Shown in pieces: positions 60,728 to 64,000 of a DNA stretch of 64,000 bases (the stretch's first letter is position 1; every line of letters starts with the position of its first letter). The translations under genes were made by a program, and so were the position numbers. The DNA is from Poseidonia sp. Its GTDB lineage: Archaea > Thermoplasmatota > Poseidoniia > Poseidoniales > Poseidoniaceae. The stretch spans positions 5,608 to 69,607 of the forward strand of contig JADHPT010000009.1 in NCBI GenBank assembly GCA_016778305.1. The letters run 5' to 3'. Below the pieces are notes generated by a model. That model did not search any database and was not told the origin of the DNA. It saw only the letters and a list, made by a program, of their open reading frames with translations.

Positions 60728-61620
60728 TATTCCTCACCTTGTTTCCACCGAAGAAGGGCCTTCTCTTCAACCTCACTCGTTCCCGCTGGGAAGATGAGGC
60801 AGTTTAAACGCCCGCCTGACTCGTCAGCCAAAGCACCCAATGTCGTCGTGACAATGCGCTGGTCAACCGTGCCCATGTCGGAGCAAAGAACCACGGGTAG
60901 CCCCTCAAATGCTTGCGTCATGTAGCCGTTAACAATGGCCTGTTCTTGTGCCAAGAGCAAAAATTCTTCAGAAAGAGGCTCGTCCTTTCTCAGATCAACT
61001 TTTTCCCACATTAAGCGCATTGAATGAACGGCATCTGAAGGTTTCATGGGGCGTTGCTCACCGGTTCCCTGCCCGGTCGGGTCAAGATCGAGCAAAACGA
61101 GTGTGTGGAGGTTACGCGACCAGTTGACGGCGATCAATTCAAGTGGCGAAGTGGCAATCCAATCTCCGTAAGGATAGGTCAGTGTGACTTGGCGCCCGAA
61201 GCGGTAATTGGACAAACCGACAGCGCTGGTGGCAACCGTCGTGATGGAGATACCATGGTACACTTGGCACTCAATACCGGCCTTCTCCGCACGCAATTGC
61301 AGGTCGACGTGAGTGGTGGCCTGGAGAGGGTCGCCCACGACTAAAAGAGCCACTACACTTTCCTGCGCAAGAGAAAATAAAGCCTCTGGATGCTCAACCT
61401 CAGGGCGCATGACACGTTCAATAGGGCCGACTTCGGCCTCCAGTCGTTTCAATTCTTCTTCGGGCCAGAGAGCCGTGTAAGCCTCGTACCTTCGATGGTC
61501 TGCACCCTTAGCTGCTTCAATGGCGGCGCGCGTCATACCCTCTATCGAGCCCATGCCCATGCCGATGAGCAGGAGGCCGGAGGAAGGGAATGCATGGTCT
61601 TCGTTTTCTTTTGCCACCAT
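60727..61620 (-). CDS. dph5: diphthine synthase
   Basis: LIGMG, YEAYT, VGDPLQATTH, GLSNYRFG and LHTLVLLD motifs. Confidence 0.9.
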   Translation of the reverse strand: MVAKENEDHAFPSSGLLLIGMGMGSIEGMTRAAIEAAKGADHRRYEAYTALWPEEELKRLEAEVGPIERVMRPEVEHPEALFSLAQESVVALLVVGDPLQATTHVDLQLRAEKAGIECQVYHGISITTVATSAVGLSNYRFGRQVTLTYPYGDWIATSPLELIAVNWSRNLHTLVLLDLDPTGQGTGEQRPMKPSDAVHSMRLMWEKVDLRKDEPLSEEFLLLAQEQAIVNGYMTQAFEGLPVVLCSDMGTVDQRIVTTTLGALADESGGRLNCLIFPAGTSEVEEKALLRWKQGEE

Positions 61621-61657
61621 GCTCAAACCTCCGTGACGCTTGGATAGGGCGAAGGCC

Positions 61658-62749
61658 ATGCGTCATTTGAGAGTGCCGAGCGACCAAACCCAAGTTTGGT
61701 TGCACCGCTGCCGTCGAGAGGGGTGGCTCTCCAAAGCATCCGTCCTCCAGTTGGATGAGGGCATGCGAGGCATACCTCTGCTCGATGAGGCTCCAGATGA
61801 CGGAGATGAACGATGGCAAGGGCACAACATCGTTCACCGAGAACCGAAGCAACAGGGGCCAAGCCACTGGACGGATCGCCTCCCGGACCCACTTCAAGCA
61901 CTTCCTGACGACATATGGCCCAGCGCATACGAAATTCAAGGCGACGTGTTGATGGTTAAACTTGAGGCAAACGTGATTGAACACCAACAAGCCATCGCTG
62001 AAGCCATGCTCGCCCAACTCCCCAACGTGCGTATTGTATGCGCGGACAATGGAGTTGCTGGTGATTTCCGCGTACGTGAATTGACACCCATCGCAAGTCG
62101 AGACGGGAACCTTTCAACCCGCACACGAATCCGAGAACACGGGATGACGATGTGGGTGGATCCGAGCGAGGCCTATTTTTCGGCCCGATTGTCAACCCAG
62201 CGCCAAGGGACTCTCGAGCAGGTACGATCATTGCGTCAGCAATTAGGCCGACCGGTTGTGGTCGCTGACCCCTATGCGGGGGTCGGGCCCGCCCTCCCGC
62301 TCCTGCTCTCTGACCCCGCCCTCGTATCGGGATATTTGGTCGGGGACCTGAACCCCAAAGCCGTCGATTTGTTGACCTTGAATCTTGAAACATGGTCTGC
62401 AAAGCACGTAGGTAATCGTTCCCCATCACTCGTGGTCTGCGATGATGCACGAGCGTGGCAGCACGACCCGTCGCGAACGGGGGTGGCAGATGCCCTCTTG
62501 GTCAATCTCCCTCATGATAGCCTGACACATTTACCAACGCTTCTGCCCATTTTGAATCATTCAGAACGACGCCTACTGCGCGGATGGGCGATCATCGAAC
62601 GTGCCGCACTTGAGCAAACAAGAGGCAACCTCATCGCCGTGATTGAAGCGGCAGGGGCGACTGCAGAATCGGTTGATGTTGAGGAAATCAAAGGCTTTTC
62701 TACCACCCGTTGCTTCATCGCATTTAACGCCATTTTGGCATGGGAATAA
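61658..62749 (+). CDS. Trm5/Taw2 (Met-10+) family tRNA-modifying SAM-dependent transferase
   Basis: AYEIQGDV, GDFRVREL, REHG, AYFSARL, DPYAGVGP, DLNP and VNLP motifs. Confidence 0.82.
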   Translation: MRHLRVPSDQTQVWLHRCRREGWLSKASVLQLDEGMRGIPLLDEAPDDGDERWQGHNIVHREPKQQGPSHWTDRLPDPLQALPDDIWPSAYEIQGDVLMVKLEANVIEHQQAIAEAMLAQLPNVRIVCADNGVAGDFRVRELTPIASRDGNLSTRTRIREHGMTMWVDPSEAYFSARLSTQRQGTLEQVRSLRQQLGRPVVVADPYAGVGPALPLLLSDPALVSGYLVGDLNPKAVDLLTLNLETWSAKHVGNRSPSLVVCDDARAWQHDPSRTGVADALLVNLPHDSLTHLPTLLPILNHSERRLLRGWAIIERAALEQTRGNLIAVIEAAGATAESVDVEEIKGFSTTRCFIAFNAILAWE

Positions 62750-62787
62750 AGCGTTCAATTCATGAAGGCCAGCCCTCTCCCATGCCC

Positions 62788-62913
62788 ATGGACAACATCG
62801 TCAAGTGCGCCTGCGGTGCAAGCATTGACATTTCAGGCGTCACCCCTCGTAAAGATGGCACCAAGGTATGGTGCAAAGTCTGCGGGATTGTAACATCCCA
62901 TCATCGCCGTTAA
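62788..62913 (+). CDS. 41-aa zinc-ribbon microprotein (below the ORF-track cutoff)
   Basis: Hand translation MDNIVKCACGASIDISGVTPRKDGTKVWCKVCGIVTSHHRR*; CxCG...CxxCG; fills an intergenic gap. Confidence 0.7.
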   Translation: MDNIVKCACGASIDISGVTPRKDGTKVWCKVCGIVTSHHRR

Positions 62914-63963
62914 ACAGATGGTTCGACAGAATGAACATCAGGGCGTTCTCTTCGCCAACCAGCTAGCCCGATTAAACATAGAATTTCCAAGAGCCCAACC
63001 GGCACAGGCAAAAATCGCTCAACTTCTTCTTCACGGTCCGTAGGCGGCGTGAAGGCCATGGAACTATCGTAGTCTTCAACTTGGATCATGAACCAATCCA
63101 AATCACGTGGGAGTTCAGCAGTCATGAATTCGTGGTCTTCTTGATTGACCAAGAAATCATCTTCAATACGGATGCCGAACCAACCGTCAAGATAGATGCC
63201 TGGTTCGATGGTAATGGCGTCGTAGGGCGCCAATGGTTGTTGGTTGTAGGACAGGCCAAACAGGGGATCATCAGAGCCCCCCGATAGCAGAGGAGGCTCG
63301 TGAACACAAACGCCAAAACCGTGGCCGAGCGAATGAATAAAATTCTCACCAAATCCCTGTTCTTCGATGTGCGTCCTCGCAATGTCATCCAGCGCCCATG
63401 CTGGTGTACCCGCCTCAATCAGGGGAAAGGTGAGATTCTGAGCATCGTAGACGGCCATGTATGCTTTGATGATGGTCTCGTTCGTGGTGCCACCGACCAC
63501 ATAACTTCGCGTGACGTCACTCACCCAATCGTTAACACGGGCGCCAAGATCGACCACGACAACATCGCCAATCTGCACTTGCTTGGGCCCAGCTCCATCG
63601 TTTTCAGGGTCACCGTGAGGGATGGCTCCGTTTGCACCAGAAGCAACGATTGTCGAGAATGAAGGCCAGTTTGGGTTTGAGCCATTTTCAATCATAGCAC
63701 GGTCGATTTCAGAAGCGATAGTGGCCTCCGAGAGATTGGCCCCCCATCAATACCTGCCACAACATTTCACGAGCAACCTCTTGGCCGACCTCTGCCAGTC
63801 GAACGGCTTCTCGTACCGAGTCGTCCTTGTTCGGAGAGATTCCGGTGGGTGAGGGGAACTTCCCTTCAAGAGCATTAGCAACTTCCGTTTCGCATGCCGC
63901 AGTAGGAGGTAAGGATGCAAGGAGGAGGGTGAGCAACACTCCCATGACAACAGTCTTGCGCAT
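62910..63963 (-). pseudogene. secreted M24 (Xaa-Pro) aminopeptidase split by a +1 frameshift (pseudogene or sequence error)
   Basis: The signal-peptide ORF 63709..63963 joins the catalytic ORF (IPH, DLGA, SDVTR, HSLGHG, HEPP, TIEPG, RIEDD) if one C is removed from the C6 run at 63740-63745. Confidence 0.75.
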
Positions 63964-64000
63964 GAGACTCCTACCCCACCCCTCCTCTTTGAAGCATCGG

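Overview
This is a gene-dense archaeal chromosome segment, most likely from Marine Group II Thermoplasmatota (Ca. Poseidoniales). That assignment is inferred from GGGP synthase, geranylgeranyl reductase, dph5, the rplX-pfdA-ftsY cluster, a DTK-type proteorhodopsin and many secreted peptidases and thrombospondin-repeat proteins. About 50 CDS were found, and no tRNA, rRNA, CRISPR array or transposase. Main highlights: (1) a probable replication origin at about 18.05-18.35 kb, with ORB elements and a visible G/C skew switch but no adjacent cdc6/orc1; (2) a duplicated divergent module at 5.4-11.4 kb of a His-rich LVIVD-like propeller plus a His1 cupredoxin-like partner, around an SCO copper chaperone, which is a candidate undescribed copper-enzyme system; (3) a MamK-like actin next to a long coiled-coil protein; (4) a ferredoxin / degenerate GGR-like / membrane desaturase run; (5) a TupB-TupC fusion with tupA and moeA; (6) a homopolymer frameshift in an M24 peptidase and an unannotated 41-aa zinc-finger ORF. 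All family calls come from motif recognition by eye; no searches were run.
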